64,000 nucleotides of DNA. Origin: an uncultured Methanoregulaceae archaeon (lineage in GTDB: Archaea; Halobacteriota; Methanomicrobia; Methanomicrobiales; Methanospirillaceae). Location: assembly GCA_963717525.1 (NCBI GenBank), contig OY970343.1, positions 1,824,001-1,888,000 of the forward strand, written 5' to 3'. A model generated the notes under the pieces. It saw only the letters and a list, made by a program, of their open reading frames with translations, made no database searches and was not told where the DNA came from. Of the stretch, positions 1 to 11,025 are shown one piece after another. The first letter of the stretch is position 1; each line of letters starts with the position of its first letter. The position numbers and the translations under genes were made by a program.

Positions 1-78
1 GGCTCCCCGTACCGCGAACACGACTGGCGGTGCTTCACCGCTGACGGCGAACCCTGCGACCTTGCGGTGATCCCATGA
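1..78 (+). CDS. 3' end of upstream gene, possibly Mov34/MPN (JAMM) family
   Basis: Frame 1 reads GSPYREHDWRCFTADGEPCDLAVIP*; stop overlaps ribL start (ATGA). Family assignment rests on recalled synteny only. Confidence 0.45.
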   Translation, partial: GSPYREHDWRCFTADGEPCDLAVIP

Positions 79-521
79 CCCCCCGGCGCGTCGTTGCCAC
101 CGGCACCTTCGACATCCTCCACCCGGGGCACCTCTACTATCTTTCCGAATCAAAGAAACTGGGTGACGAGCTCTTCGTGATCGTGGCCCGGGATGCAAAC
201 GTGAAGCACAAGCCCCATCCGATCCTCCCGGAAGAACAGCGTCGGGCGATGATCGCCGCACTCAAACCTGTGGACCACGCGATCCTCGGCGACCGGACTG
301 ACATGTTCCGCCCTATTGAAGAGATCCGCCCCGATATCATCACGATCGGGTTCAACCAGTACTTCGATGAGGAAAAACTGCGAAGCGAGCTCGCGGAGCG
401 GGGGCTTCATGCCGATGTTATCCGGATAGGAAGATATGCAGACGGGGACCTGGCAAGCTCGCGCCTGATCGTCCAGCGGATCATCGAGGCACGGGGCGGC
501 GGAAATCAGCCCTTGGGATAG
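75..521 (+). CDS. ribL: FAD synthase (archaeal cytidylyltransferase-like)
   Basis: GTFDILHPGH nucleotidyltransferase motif; C-terminal SSRLI; 148 aa. Confidence 0.85.
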   Translation: MTPRRVVATGTFDILHPGHLYYLSESKKLGDELFVIVARDANVKHKPHPILPEEQRRAMIAALKPVDHAILGDRTDMFRPIEEIRPDIITIGFNQYFDEEKLRSELAERGLHADVIRIGRYADGDLASSRLIVQRIIEARGGGNQPLG

Positions 522-1215
522 AAGGGGCAGTCCCGGGTCCGACATTCCTTGTTCATGTCGTAAAACTGGCAGGTCACATTCTGGTTGAGCGGGATCGTCA
601 CCCCCAGGTGTTCCTTTACAAAGGCGACTGCTCCCTGTATTGCAAGAAACGTGTTGCGCTTGCAGCAGCGCGGGCCGCCGTGCAGGGCGATCGTCTCAAG
701 GCTCCGTGCCACCGCAAGGTTTGCCTGCTGCCACTCGCGGTGCGAGAGCGGTGTTGCGCCGGTCACAAGCGAGACAAAAATCCCGGTACCCACCGCCGCC
801 CCGCAGTCTCCCATAAAACCGCAGGCACCACCCCGTATCATACCGGCGCGATCGCGGGCTGTGGCGATCATCTTTGCTTTACGGTCGGGCTGCCCGGTGA
901 CGTTGCAGTACGCCGCAAGAAGCACGGCCGGGACGAGAAAGTGATGCTCGGGACCGTGCATGTTCACGGCCGGGTTCTGCATCAGGGTGATGGCCATCAT
1001 AACAGGATCGGTCTCTTTTGTCTGTGCACAGGTACCTGCTCGATCGCATCATCGGCGCCGAGACTATGGCAGCGGTCGCAGACATAGTGACCATTCTCGC
1101 ACACGGCATTGGTTGTCTGGACCCGGTGGCAGTATGCACACTCGTGCGGTTCGGGCGACTCGAGATACCTGATCGGTTTGCCGCAGACCATGCACCCCGT
1201 GCGGTAGTCAGTCAT
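506..1215 (-). CDS. DUF5714-like Cys-rich protein, split by an apparent +2 frameshift at ~1031-1036
   Basis: N-terminal CxxC/CxxGH ORF 997-1215 and MHGPEHH...GGPRCCKR ORF 506-1000 join as EQYCAQTKETDPVMM if GGTACC is read as GTAC. Confidence 0.75.
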
Positions 1216-1292
1216 GGGAATCCTGTCTTGTCAAAAGAGAGGGCTCCATACAGGAAAACTTTATCGATCCTGGCGGGTATCCTCTGCATGAG

Positions 1293-1946
1293 GTGTCCAT
1301 CGTGGAGGAAATTGCCCGTGAAGTGGAAAAACTGATCAGGCTCGCAGTGGAGCGGGGAGCGCATGCACAGCAGATTGCCACAGGAGATATCGTCGTTGCG
1401 CAGTGGGTGAGATTCAAGTGCCGTTACGGATGCAAAGGCTACGGGAAGCACTTCGGCTGCCCGCCCTACGCCCCGTCACCGGAAGAGACCCGGCGGATGG
1501 TAGGAGAATACACAACGGCGCTGCTGATTCGCTTTGACGGGGTCCCGGGCCACGGGGCATTCGGGCCGGATGATATCCCCGACGATTTCCACCCGTACTT
1601 CCGCGATCTTATCCTCTGGGTGAACGGGACCGTTCATTTCCTTGAAAAGACCGCGTTCTACGACGGGTTCTACAAGGCATTCGGCTTTGGCGGGTATCCC
1701 TGCATCTGGTGCGAACACCAGCACTGCGTCGCGGAGGAGGCAGAGGGTGTGGTGGATGAGAGCCTTCGCCGGAAATGCCGGCACATGGACATGGTCAGGC
1801 CCAGCATGGAGGCGGCAGGGATGGACGTGTTTGCGACGGCAAAAAACGCGGGCTGGGACCTGCATACGATCTCGTGCAAAAACATGGAGTACGGGAAGAT
1901 CGTCAACAGCGATGTGCACTCGGTCGGGCTTGTGCTCATCGAATAA
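1293..1946 (+). CDS. DUF2284-family predicted metal-binding protein
   Basis: KCRYGCKGYG..CPP, CxxC and RPSMEAAGMDVFAT motifs. Confidence 0.8.
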   Translation: MSIVEEIAREVEKLIRLAVERGAHAQQIATGDIVVAQWVRFKCRYGCKGYGKHFGCPPYAPSPEETRRMVGEYTTALLIRFDGVPGHGAFGPDDIPDDFHPYFRDLILWVNGTVHFLEKTAFYDGFYKAFGFGGYPCIWCEHQHCVAEEAEGVVDESLRRKCRHMDMVRPSMEAAGMDVFATAKNAGWDLHTISCKNMEYGKIVNSDVHSVGLVLIE

Positions 1947-1948
1947 CG

Positions 1949-3094
1949 TCAGTGGCCTGCACGGATTCGGTGAGGGGGGGGCCCGTGACGGCGGCCCCTT
2001 CCTGTAAATCCGCGTGAAAGCGAGCCGGAGTATTTCGCAGCAAACGAACCCACAAGGGAAGTCACAATCACCATCACGGCAATGGTGGCAGCAACGGGGG
2101 GAGACCCGTAGAGAGCGGCGAGCGCGATGGAGAACTCACCACGCCCAATCGTGTTTCCCCAGATCTCAAGGCCGGATCTCGCGGATCCATAGAGCGCGAG
2201 GCCGGTCAGCACACCGGAGATCAGCTTGCTTGCGATGGCAAGTACGCAGATGATCGCGATCACACCGAAGCTTACGCTGCCGGACAGGTTGATGGTGATC
2301 CCGAAAAAGACAAAGAAGATCACCATGAAGACATCCTTGAACGGCCGGGCATGCTGCTCAAATGCATCCGGGTCGGTAGTCGCAAACGCAGCCCCAAGGG
2401 CGATCACCATCAGGGTGTCAGGGACACCGAGGAAGAGGGCGAAGCCCGCTGTCGCAACCACCGCCACGAACGTGAAAAGAACCGGCAGCTCATCATCGCG
2501 TTCGAGGATCGAGACCAGGAATTCCTTGCCATAATGGGCGAGCGCGTACATGATCCCAAGGCCGGCGAGGATCTCCACCGCAAAGAGGAGAAGGTTCTCG
2601 TTACCGGCCGAAAGAATTGCAAGGATGACGATCAGCACAAGGTCTTCAAAGACCATAAGCCAGATGATGGTCCCCGACTCCCGGATCATCAGTTTCCTGT
2701 TCTCGATTAACGAAGTGACCGTCATCGCGGTGCTGGAGCTATAGAATGCAGCCGCGACAATGAGAGCCTCAATAAGCGAAAAGCCGAGGAGGTAGGCAGC
2801 AACAAAGCCGATGAACATATTGACGTTGAGATCGATGATCCCGCTCGTGAGCACCTCCGACTGGTTCTCGGAGATCTTATCAATTTTAAGGCCAAGGCCA
2901 ACAAAAAAGAGTAAGAAGATCAGCCCCATGTCGGAGAAGAAACTGCTGATCTGGTCGGACGCTACGATCCCAAGACCGGCCTGGCCGAGGACGACCCCGG
3001 CGATGATGTAGAACGGGATCGCCGGGATGGTCAGGTACTTGCTGACCAGCGCGAGCACGAGACAGACAAAAAGGGCGATTATGAGGCCTTCCAT
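1949..3094 (-). CDS. Cation:proton antiporter (CPA2, KhtU/YhaU-like)
   Basis: Many hydrophobic helices; LMVFED and RGEFS motifs; coupled to a TrkA-C gene. Confidence 0.85.
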   Translation of the reverse strand: MEGLIIALFVCLVLALVSKYLTIPAIPFYIIAGVVLGQAGLGIVASDQISSFFSDMGLIFLLFFVGLGLKIDKISENQSEVLTSGIIDLNVNMFIGFVAAYLLGFSLIEALIVAAAFYSSSTAMTVTSLIENRKLMIRESGTIIWLMVFEDLVLIVILAILSAGNENLLLFAVEILAGLGIMYALAHYGKEFLVSILERDDELPVLFTFVAVVATAGFALFLGVPDTLMVIALGAAFATTDPDAFEQHARPFKDVFMVIFFVFFGITINLSGSVSFGVIAIICVLAIASKLISGVLTGLALYGSARSGLEIWGNTIGRGEFSIALAALYGSPPVAATIAVMVIVTSLVGSFAAKYSGSLSRGFTGRGRRHGPPPHRIRAGH

Positions 3095-3579
3095 CAATCC
3101 ACCATGATCTCGCGTTCAAACAGTCTGAGCTGGTCTGACTCACCAATTACCAGTACGGCATCGCCGGCCTCGAACACGAACGATGGCGGAGGGTTGATGA
3201 TATTCTTATCATTCCTAGAGACCGCGATTACAGTCGTCCCGGTCTTCGCCCGGATCCCGAGGTCTTCGATCGTTTTCCCTGCAATGGCCCGGGGGATGAT
3301 GTACGAGTGGATAGTGACCCGGAGATCGGCAAGTGCCGAGAACGCGATCTCCACGCTTTCCTGATCGGCCTCGATAATCGCTCCGGTGAGGATATTTCCC
3401 AGCCTCCGCGCTTCTACCGGTGTCATCTCAGCCGCGCTTGGTGTGTGGCATCCCTTCTGGAGAGTGTACATCTGGATAGTGCCGGTTTTTGTAAAAAAGA
3501 TCGCGACCGTATCGCCCTTATCAGTCTCAAATTCGTATTTAGTACCGACACCGGGGAGGTTGAGGGATCGAAGAGCCAT
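3094..3579 (-). CDS. K+/H+ antiporter regulatory subunit (KhtT/YhaT-like, TrkA-C domain)
   Basis: LPGVGTKY N-terminus; C-terminal RCK_C (GKTIEDLGIRAKTG..NPPP..GD). Confidence 0.85.
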   Translation of the reverse strand: MALRSLNLPGVGTKYEFETDKGDTVAIFFTKTGTIQMYTLQKGCHTPSAAEMTPVEARRLGNILTGAIIEADQESVEIAFSALADLRVTIHSYIIPRAIAGKTIEDLGIRAKTGTTVIAVSRNDKNIINPPPSFVFEAGDAVLVIGESDQLRLFEREIMVD

Positions 3580-4020
3580 AGGAGAGATTAGAGAAGGGAT
3601 CCTAAAATATATTATGATATCTGCGGCTTTCCCGGGGTTATGCGAACATACCTAAAAAGGCATAAAATGAAAAGGGTGCGGGTGCATGGAAGGGTAAGAG
3701 GGTCCCGCTCATGCATCAGACTCAGATCTCTTTCAAGGTTTTTGGTATGAGAGGCCGGGAGGACCAGAATTCGTGCCGGACTGGTGCCAGGCGCGGACTC
3801 GCTTTTTCAGGGGTTTGTCCTCCCCATACCAGATGTTGAAAGAACCGGTGTTTAAACCCCAGACCGGGCAGGGTGAAAGTGATCTTCAGGGGGCTACCGG
3901 GAAACAACCAGCAACCGGCAAAACAGATCATTTTTTGTCTATCTTGATGATAAATAATGATAGATCCGCGATCGTTTTTCGCGCTCATCCGTTCATTCTG
4001 ACAACAGATTTTGTGAGGAG

Positions 4021-4908
4021 TTGGTGATCATCGCTGAAATCCCAAAAGAGGAGTACATAAAAAAATGTACGTCCGCATGCGCCGGGTGCAGTTCGTCCCT
4101 GACGCTGCGTTATGTGCTGAAAGCTGCCGGGCCGGATACCGTTCTGGTCGTGCCCGCGTGCTGCACGAGTGTCATCCAGGGGATCTACCCCAACACCGCG
4201 ATGAACGTGCCCGTGTATAATGTCGCGTTTGCTGCGGCTGCCGCGTGTGCATCGGGCATGTCCGAGGCGTTTTCAGGCATGGGCAGAAAGACCCATGTGA
4301 TCGTGTACGCGGGTGACGGCGGGACACTCGATATCGGGATCCAGTCCATGTCGGGCGCCTTTGAGCGGGGCACCGATTTCCTGTATATCTGCTACGACAA
4401 CGAGGCCTACGGGAATACCGGTATGCAGCGCTCGGGCGCGACCCCGCTTGGCGCAAAGACCACAACCACTCCGACCGGAAAAACCGTGGAGAAGAAAGAT
4501 ATCGACGCGATTGCAGCCGCCCACCATCTTGAATACATGGCGACCGCATGCAGCGCATACCCGCTGGATATCTACAAAAAAGTTGCAAAGGCGCTCACGT
4601 TCCGGGGCCCGACGTTCATCCATATCCTTGCCCCCTGCCCGCCCGGCTGGCGGTACCCGACCGAGAAGACGATCGAGATAGGAAAACTTGCGGTCAAATC
4701 CGGGATGTGGGTACTCTACGAGCGCGAGCACGGGAAACTGACCATCAGCCCCCCCTCTAAGGCAGCGATGAAAAAACCGATCCCGCTCGAAGAATACCTC
4801 ACCCCGCAGGGCCGGTTTGCGGGCATTGATCCCAAATCGCTTGAGACCCTCAAACAGCATCTTACTGCAAACCTCAAAAAACTGGCCATTGAGGAGGCAG
4901 AACCATGA
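4021..4908 (+). CDS. porB: Pyruvate/2-oxoacid:ferredoxin oxidoreductase beta subunit
   Basis: ACAGC, TPP motif GDGG...YDNEAYGNTG, PCPPGW. Confidence 0.85.
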   Translation: MVIIAEIPKEEYIKKCTSACAGCSSSLTLRYVLKAAGPDTVLVVPACCTSVIQGIYPNTAMNVPVYNVAFAAAAACASGMSEAFSGMGRKTHVIVYAGDGGTLDIGIQSMSGAFERGTDFLYICYDNEAYGNTGMQRSGATPLGAKTTTTPTGKTVEKKDIDAIAAAHHLEYMATACSAYPLDIYKKVAKALTFRGPTFIHILAPCPPGWRYPTEKTIEIGKLAVKSGMWVLYEREHGKLTISPPSKAAMKKPIPLEEYLTPQGRFAGIDPKSLETLKQHLTANLKKLAIEEAEP

Positions 4909-6017
4909 AGAAGATCGCAACGGGCAACAAGGCGATCGCCGAAGCGGTCAAACAGGCGCTGCCCAACGTGGTCGCGGCCTACCCGATCACTCCCCAGACC
5001 GAGATCGTCGAGACCATTGCGGATTACGTGACCAGCGGCCAGATGAAGAGCCGGTATATTCCTGTCGAGAGCGAGCACTCAGCGATGGCGGCCTGCATCG
5101 GCGCAAGCATCACGGGTGTGCGGACCTTTACCGCGACGAGTGCCCATGGCCTGCTCTATATGCACGAGATGACCAACTGGGCCGCGGGAGCGCGCCTGCC
5201 GATCGTGATGGCAAACGTGAACCGCTCGCTCGGGCCCGGCTGGAACATCTGGGCCGAGCACACCGATGCCATGCAGGAACGCGACACCGGCTGGCTCCAG
5301 GTGTATGTCTCGACCGTCCAGGAGGCGTACGATACTACCCTGATGGCATTCCGCATCGCGGAGCACAATGATGTCCTGTTGCCGGTGATGGTCAACCTCG
5401 ACGGGTTTTCCCTCTCCCATATCATGCAGCCGCTGGACACGGTAGAGCCCGGGGACTTCATCCCGCCGATCCACCTACCCCATGCCATCGATACGAAAAA
5501 TCCGACAGGATATGGCGGGCTCACCGGGCCCGACCAGCACTTCCGGTTCCGGTGGGAGATCGAACACTCGATGCGCGACGCTGTAAAAGTGATCAAAGCA
5601 TCCGAGAAGGATTTTGCAGGCCGGTTCGGGCGCAGCTACGGCCCGACCGAAAATTACCGGTGCGAGGATGCCGATGTTGTCCTCATCGCCATGGGCACGT
5701 TCGGTAAAGAGGCCGAGGTGGCCATCGATATCCTGCGAAAGGAGGGCATAAAGGCCGGCTCGATGCGCCTGCGCTGGTTCCGGCCGTTCCCGAAACTCGA
5801 CCTCGCCGGAAAGGAAGTCGTGGTTATCGACCGGGACTACTCGTTTGGCTATGGCGGTATTGTTGCCCACGAGATCATAGCAAAGAACCAGTGCGAGGTC
5901 TACAGCGTGATTGCCGGTCTTGGCGGACAGGAAGTGACCTACGACGACATGGCGGAGTTTGTCCGGACGCGTCGCATGGGAGAAGAGTTCTGGTTTGGGG
6001 TGAGCGGGCATGTTTGA
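4905..6017 (+). CDS. porA: Pyruvate/2-oxoacid:ferredoxin oxidoreductase alpha subunit
   Basis: YPITPQT, ESEHSA, TATSAHG motifs. Confidence 0.88.
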   Translation: MKKIATGNKAIAEAVKQALPNVVAAYPITPQTEIVETIADYVTSGQMKSRYIPVESEHSAMAACIGASITGVRTFTATSAHGLLYMHEMTNWAAGARLPIVMANVNRSLGPGWNIWAEHTDAMQERDTGWLQVYVSTVQEAYDTTLMAFRIAEHNDVLLPVMVNLDGFSLSHIMQPLDTVEPGDFIPPIHLPHAIDTKNPTGYGGLTGPDQHFRFRWEIEHSMRDAVKVIKASEKDFAGRFGRSYGPTENYRCEDADVVLIAMGTFGKEAEVAIDILRKEGIKAGSMRLRWFRPFPKLDLAGKEVVVIDRDYSFGYGGIVAHEIIAKNQCEVYSVIAGLGGQEVTYDDMAEFVRTRRMGEEFWFGVSGHV

Positions 6018-6537
6018 GGTCAGGATCCATTCCCGCGGCGGGCAGGGTGGGGTAACGGCGGCCCGGCTCCTTGCAACAGCGGCACTCCATGACGGAAAGT
6101 ACGCGACGGCCTGTCCCTTCTACGGTGCGGAGCGCCGCGGTGCGCCGGTCGTCTCGTTTGTAAGGATCGACGACCACCCGATCAAGGTGTACAGCCAGAT
6201 CCGGGACCCGGATCTCGTGGTGGTCCTCGACGCAAGTGTTATGGAAACGGTCGATGTCCTGAATGGTTTAAAAAAGGGTGGCCGGGTTTTGATCAACAGC
6301 GCACATATGCCGGAATTTCCCGGGTACGCTACCTTCAGCGTCGACCTGACCGGGATCGCCCTCAGGGAAAAACTCGTGGTCGCGGGAAGCCCGATCCTCA
6401 ATACGCCGGTGCTTGGCGCGCTCGCAAAAATGGGGATCATCTCGGCTGAGGCGGCAAAGGCAGCAATCCGGGGGATGTTTACCGATGAGCGCAATGTCAA
6501 GGCTGCCGAAGCGGCCTATAAGGAGATGAGCGCATGA
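6010..6537 (+). CDS. porC: Pyruvate/2-oxoacid:ferredoxin oxidoreductase gamma subunit
   Basis: HSRGGQG and YGAERRGAP motifs. Confidence 0.88.
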   Translation: MFEVRIHSRGGQGGVTAARLLATAALHDGKYATACPFYGAERRGAPVVSFVRIDDHPIKVYSQIRDPDLVVVLDASVMETVDVLNGLKKGGRVLINSAHMPEFPGYATFSVDLTGIALREKLVVAGSPILNTPVLGALAKMGIISAEAAKAAIRGMFTDERNVKAAEAAYKEMSA

Positions 6538-6794
6538 GCAGCAGTGCAAAACATGACCGGCTCGCTGTGAGCAGGCCGACAGAGGGCGCAGCAGGTCAGA
6601 CCGGTTCGTGGCGGGTTTTTAAACCCGTGGTCGACAAGGAAAAATGTAACGGCTGCGGCCTTTGTTCGATGTATTGCCCTGACGGCGCAATCGATGACGA
6701 CCTCCTTGTGGATCTCAGGTTCTGCAAGGGTTGTGGTATCTGCGCGAACGAATGCCCAAAAAAAGCCATTACCATGGTGCGGGAAGAAAAATAA
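6534..6794 (+). CDS. porD: Pyruvate/2-oxoacid:ferredoxin oxidoreductase delta subunit (2x[4Fe-4S])
   Basis: TGSWR..KP; two CxxCxxCxxxCP motifs. Confidence 0.88.
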   Translation: MSSSAKHDRLAVSRPTEGAAGQTGSWRVFKPVVDKEKCNGCGLCSMYCPDGAIDDDLLVDLRFCKGCGICANECPKKAITMVREEK

Positions 6795-6965
6795 CCCCTT
6801 ATACAGGATTTCTTTTTAGTGAATTGTTTGACCGGATGCATACCTGAGAATTATTGCGGTAGAGAAAGGCCCGCTTTGGGGGAATAAACGGATCCTTCGA
6901 CGGAAGATGCAATTCGCAATCTTTTTTATACTTCCCATTAATATACCGCTTCAGGGTGCAGATCT

Positions 6966-7688
6966 GTGAGCGGCAGGTGTTTCGGGGATACCCGTGATCT
7001 CTTCAAATTCGATTTGGTACGGCATATGATGAAATCGCTGCCCGATCTTGCAGGCTTTACTTTCGTCCCGATGCTGACCGGAACTGAAGCAAACGGGCAC
7101 CGGAAAAATGGTGCAAAAAAAGATCTGGAGCAGGCGTATCGCACCGGAAAAGCCGGCAGCCAGAACCAGAAACTCCGGGAACATCTCGCAAGGCTCCAGG
7201 AAATCGATAACGATCTTGAGTATATCAACGGGATCAGCACATATTTCGATAAAGAGATGATCCTGATTGACATCTCCGGCGGGCAGCGGTTCACGAACAA
7301 TGAACGCATCTCCTATTTCCGGTCTGTGTTTGGCAAATTCCCCAAAAATTCCCTGATATTCATTGACCCGGATACCGGCCTTAAAGATGAGAGCCCGGAC
7401 TGCAAACATCTGCTCTATTCCGAAATAAAAATGGTCTGCGACCGGATGGACACCGGCTCGATCCTGATGCTCTACCAGCATTTTCCGCGGGGAAAATATG
7501 AGGACGCAATCAGGGAGACATCCACCCGGCTGGAACAATGCACTGGTTTAAACACGGCCGTCGTTACCGATAACGAAACGGCCTTTTTCATACTCACAAA
7601 AAACCAGAAACTTGAAGATCGCCTTAACAACAGCCTTGAATGCTATGCAGATACCTACCCGGCCCTCCAGTGCATGAACTGCGCGTAA
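6966..7688 (+). CDS. Conserved hypothetical protein
   Basis: 240-aa ORF with FGDxxDxFK and LIFIDPD motifs; function unknown. Confidence 0.65.
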   Translation: MSGRCFGDTRDLFKFDLVRHMMKSLPDLAGFTFVPMLTGTEANGHRKNGAKKDLEQAYRTGKAGSQNQKLREHLARLQEIDNDLEYINGISTYFDKEMILIDISGGQRFTNNERISYFRSVFGKFPKNSLIFIDPDTGLKDESPDCKHLLYSEIKMVCDRMDTGSILMLYQHFPRGKYEDAIRETSTRLEQCTGLNTAVVTDNETAFFILTKNQKLEDRLNNSLECYADTYPALQCMNCA

Positions 7689-7715
7689 AGAATACAGATT
7701 TTTTGTCTTGCGTCG

Positions 7716-8117
7716 TTATGGGCAGGTTGCATGGCCGGAGACTACGCCAGCCGTTTTGCCACCGGAGGTATCCTCAGCCATATATTCGAGATTGAACCGG
7801 TACACGTGAGTGAAACGGCAGTTCCGGCACCGGACCGTGATATTGCGGCAGCTGACCGTCAGGTCGTGAAGCCCGTCAACACCACAGTTCCGGCACGTAG
7901 CCGGCACCGCAAGAGACCAGACCGGCCAGCGCCCGGGGTTTGCAAACATCCCGGCTTCGTCCACGTCCTCCAGGAGAGGTACGAAAACCCGGGTTGCGTT
8001 GCAGTTTTCACAGGTGACGTCGGCCCGGTTAGGCATAACATGGATATGCTGGTCTGCCAGCTGCCGGCAGTGATAACAATCGGTGTGGTAATTCGTGCTG
8101 ATGAACCGGTCGCTCAT
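7716..8117 (-). CDS. Double zinc-ribbon hypothetical protein
   Basis: Four CxxC pairs (CYHC, CENC, CRNC, CRNC); start placed at MSDRF. Confidence 0.7.
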   Translation of the reverse strand: MSDRFISTNYHTDCYHCRQLADQHIHVMPNRADVTCENCNATRVFVPLLEDVDEAGMFANPGRWPVWSLAVPATCRNCGVDGLHDLTVSCRNITVRCRNCRFTHVYRFNLEYMAEDTSGGKTAGVVSGHATCP

Positions 8118-8317
8118 GGAGGAGTGTTGTGCATCCGGGGTATCATTAACCTGTCGCAGCGGGTACATCATGGAATGGGCGATATCGGGGAGACCGCTGG
8201 TTTACGCGGTTGTTGTTACGCATGCACCACAATTCAGGTTTTATTTTTGGATTTGCACAGGATTCGGCCGCGAAAAGGTAAATTTATTTAATTATGGAAA
8301 ATTCATGTGTACTCCAT

Positions 8318-8878
8318 ATGAAACTGCTCATGGGATTTATCATCATTCTTGTTGCACTGGTGGCAGTCACCGGGTGCACTCAGACCGCATCGCCTTCTGC
8401 ACAGACCACTACGGAAACAACTGCCCCGGTCACTGAAGTCACAACGGCAGCAACCACTGCTACCACCGTGGCACCGAGCATGACGGAGACGATGGTGACA
8501 AATGTGACGGCACCGGCAGAAAATGTGACCTCCACAGCAGTAATGACAACTGCGGCACCCGCAAATGTCACGCCCACGGTCACACCGGCATCCATGGTCA
8601 CGACCATCCACTTCACGAGTGCCGGTTTCACCCCCCAGACCGATATCGTCCTCCCGGGCACCGGTGTATCCTTTGTGAACAATGACATTGTGTCTCACTC
8701 CGTCATGACGATCGGTAATAACACCGGCGTGTTCAACTCAGGTGCAATTATGCCGAACGGGGCATTCCAGTATACCTTTGACGAAAATTCAGGCACGTAC
8801 AATTATGCGTTGGCAGATAACACGTCTGTCACGGGAACCATTATCGTCCAGGCATCGCCCTACGCAAATCACAGTTAA
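8318..8878 (+). CDS. Lipoprotein with Thr-rich linker and cupredoxin-like C-terminal domain
   Basis: Signal peptide ending VTGC; T/A/P-rich linker; FTP..V.F.N.D...HSV...FNSG...F.YTF...G.Y.Y...GTIIV pattern. Confidence 0.75.
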   Translation: MKLLMGFIIILVALVAVTGCTQTASPSAQTTTETTAPVTEVTTAATTATTVAPSMTETMVTNVTAPAENVTSTAVMTTAAPANVTPTVTPASMVTTIHFTSAGFTPQTDIVLPGTGVSFVNNDIVSHSVMTIGNNTGVFNSGAIMPNGAFQYTFDENSGTYNYALADNTSVTGTIIVQASPYANHS

Positions 8879-9242
8879 GTGCGAACCCCTTATTTTCTCT
8901 CTTTTTTAGGATTTTTCACAAAGGCAATCGCCTTATTCGTGATTCCCACAGGCAAGCCCGGGCGCTTTGCCTGGCGGGAGGGTACCGAATAGTCCGGGGA
9001 TGAAACTTGCGCACAGTGCACCCCATTCGACAAAATCCGGCCTGAATAGCAACGATAGCACCACTCCCGGTTAATTTTGTTACCTAAGATCCGCCCTGCC
9101 CTTGAAAATGACACAGTGGAGAATGTGGTTCCGTACGGAGAATCCCGGTTTGCTAAAACCCTGAAAAAGTATTTCCGGCAACTGAAATGATTGCTGTAAG
9201 GATTCTGTTAAAAAAAGCTGGGAAAGATTGTTAAGGAGTGAC

Positions 9243-10898
9243 TTAATAGTCGCCCATGCCGGGCATTCCACCCATGCCACCCATGCCGGGGGGCATGCCA
9301 CCGGCACCAGGTGCCGGGCCGGGTGACTTCGAGGAAGCGATCACATCATCAATGCGGAGGATCATAATCGCAGCTTCTGCAGCCGATGAGATTGCCTGGG
9401 TCTTGACACGGAGCGGCTCCACGACGCCGGCTGCCTTCATATCGACGGCTTTTCCTTCGAACACGTTGAGACCGTAGTTCTTCTTGCCCTTCTCATGGGT
9501 TGCGCGGATCTCGACCAGCATGTCAATGGGATCGAGACCGGCGTTCTCTGCAAGGGTCCGCGGGATGATCTCGAGTGCTACAGCAAAGGCCTCGATGGCG
9601 AGCTGTTCCTTGCCACCGACCGTTGCCGCGTACTCGCGGAGCCGGAGCGAGAGCTCGGTCTCGGGTGCGCCGCCACCGGCGACAACCTTCTTGTCCTCGA
9701 CAACGACACCGACAACACGGAGTGCGTCATGGATGGCGCGCTCGAGCTCGTCGACGACGTGCTCAGTGCCACCCTTGACGATGATGGAGACCGCCTTCGG
9801 GTTCTTGCACTGCTCGACAAAGGTCATCTCCTCTCCGGAAACCTTGCGCTCCTCGACAAGGCCGGCATGGCCGAGTTCTTCCTTGCTGATCGCGTCGATG
9901 CTGGAGACGAGGCTGCCACCGGTTGCCCGGGCAAGCTTCTCCATGTCGCTCTTCTTGACACGGCGGACGGCGAATATACCGGCCTTTGCAAGGTAGTGCT
10001 GTGCGATATCGTCGATGCCCTTCTGGCAGAACACTACGTTCGCGCCGCTCGCGACAATCTTTTCGACGATATTCTTGACCATGCGCTCCTCTTCATCGAG
10101 GAATGCCTGTAACTGCTCGGGGTGGGTGATGTTGATCTCAGCGTCAACCTCGGTCTTCTTGAACTCGACCGCTGCGTTGAGGAGAAGGATCTTTGCGTTG
10201 GTGACCTTCTTTGGCATGGCCGGGTGCACGCGCTCCTTGTCAACGAGAACTCCTTCAACAATCTCGGAGTCCTCGATGCTGCCGCCGGTCTTCTTTTCGA
10301 CCTTGATGTTATCGATGTCGACGGTCCCGTCAGCGTCGGTAACCATGGTGACAGCCCTGACAACGAGGTCGCAGAGCTTGTCCTTGCTCGCCTCAGCGCC
10401 CTTGCCGGTCATCGCGGTGCCGGCGATGTTCTTCAAGAGCGCCTTGTCGGTTGATTTGACATCGAACGCGATGTCCTTGAGGAGCGCCTGCGCCTTCTCT
10501 GCTGCCATTCGGTAGCCGTGGGCGATAACCGTCGGGTGGACGTCCTGTTCGAGAAGTGACTCGGCCTTCTTTAAAAGTTCCCCGCCAATGACGACTGCGG
10601 TTGTGGTCCCGTCGCCGACCTCATCGTCCTGGGTCTTTGCGACTTCGACCATCATCTTTGCGGCCGGGTGCTCGATGTCCATTTCCTTTAAGATGGTGAC
10701 ACCATCGTTTGTGATCACGACATCGCCAATGGTATCGACAAGCATCTTGTCCATACCCTTGGGGCCGAGCGTGGTTCTGACTGCACTGGCAACAGCCATT
10801 GCAGCGGTGATGTTCATACCCTGGGCATCACGGCCGCGGGTGCGGTTGGTGCCTTCCTTAAGAATGAGAATTGGTTGTCCTCCAAGTTGTTGCGACAT
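9243..10898 (-). CDS. thsA: Thermosome (group II chaperonin) subunit
   Basis: [19 protein letters not shown]-repeat tail. Confidence 0.97.
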   Translation of the reverse strand: MSQQLGGQPILILKEGTNRTRGRDAQGMNITAAMAVASAVRTTLGPKGMDKMLVDTIGDVVITNDGVTILKEMDIEHPAAKMMVEVAKTQDDEVGDGTTTAVVIGGELLKKAESLLEQDVHPTVIAHGYRMAAEKAQALLKDIAFDVKSTDKALLKNIAGTAMTGKGAEASKDKLCDLVVRAVTMVTDADGTVDIDNIKVEKKTGGSIEDSEIVEGVLVDKERVHPAMPKKVTNAKILLLNAAVEFKKTEVDAEINITHPEQLQAFLDEEERMVKNIVEKIVASGANVVFCQKGIDDIAQHYLAKAGIFAVRRVKKSDMEKLARATGGSLVSSIDAISKEELGHAGLVEERKVSGEEMTFVEQCKNPKAVSIIVKGGTEHVVDELERAIHDALRVVGVVVEDKKVVAGGGAPETELSLRLREYAATVGGKEQLAIEAFAVALEIIPRTLAENAGLDPIDMLVEIRATHEKGKKNYGLNVFEGKAVDMKAAGVVEPLRVKTQAISSAAEAAIMILRIDDVIASSKSPGPAPGAGGMPPGMGGMGGMPGMGDY

Positions 10899-10940
10899 AA
10901 AATTATCACCACTTTTAGCACTAAAATTGGTTTGTGGTTC

Positions 10941-10953
10941 TATATAAATATTC
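10941..10953 (-). promoter_or_regulatory. TATA box (TTTATATA) and BRE region of the thermosome gene
   Basis: Minus strand reads GAATATTTATATA ~45 nt upstream of the ATG at 10898. Confidence 0.6.
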
Positions 10954-11005
10954 TCTTAAAAGGTTCTGATAGGATGAAGGGACTTTTACCAAAAACCAAA
11001 CCTCC

Positions 11006-11025
11006 GATAGATCGCGGGACTTTTT
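11006..11025. repeat. Left subterminal 20-bp inverted repeat of the transposon
   Basis: GATAGATCGCGGGACTTTTT is the perfect reverse complement of 14861-14880; both lie 44 bp inside their element end. Confidence 0.92.
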
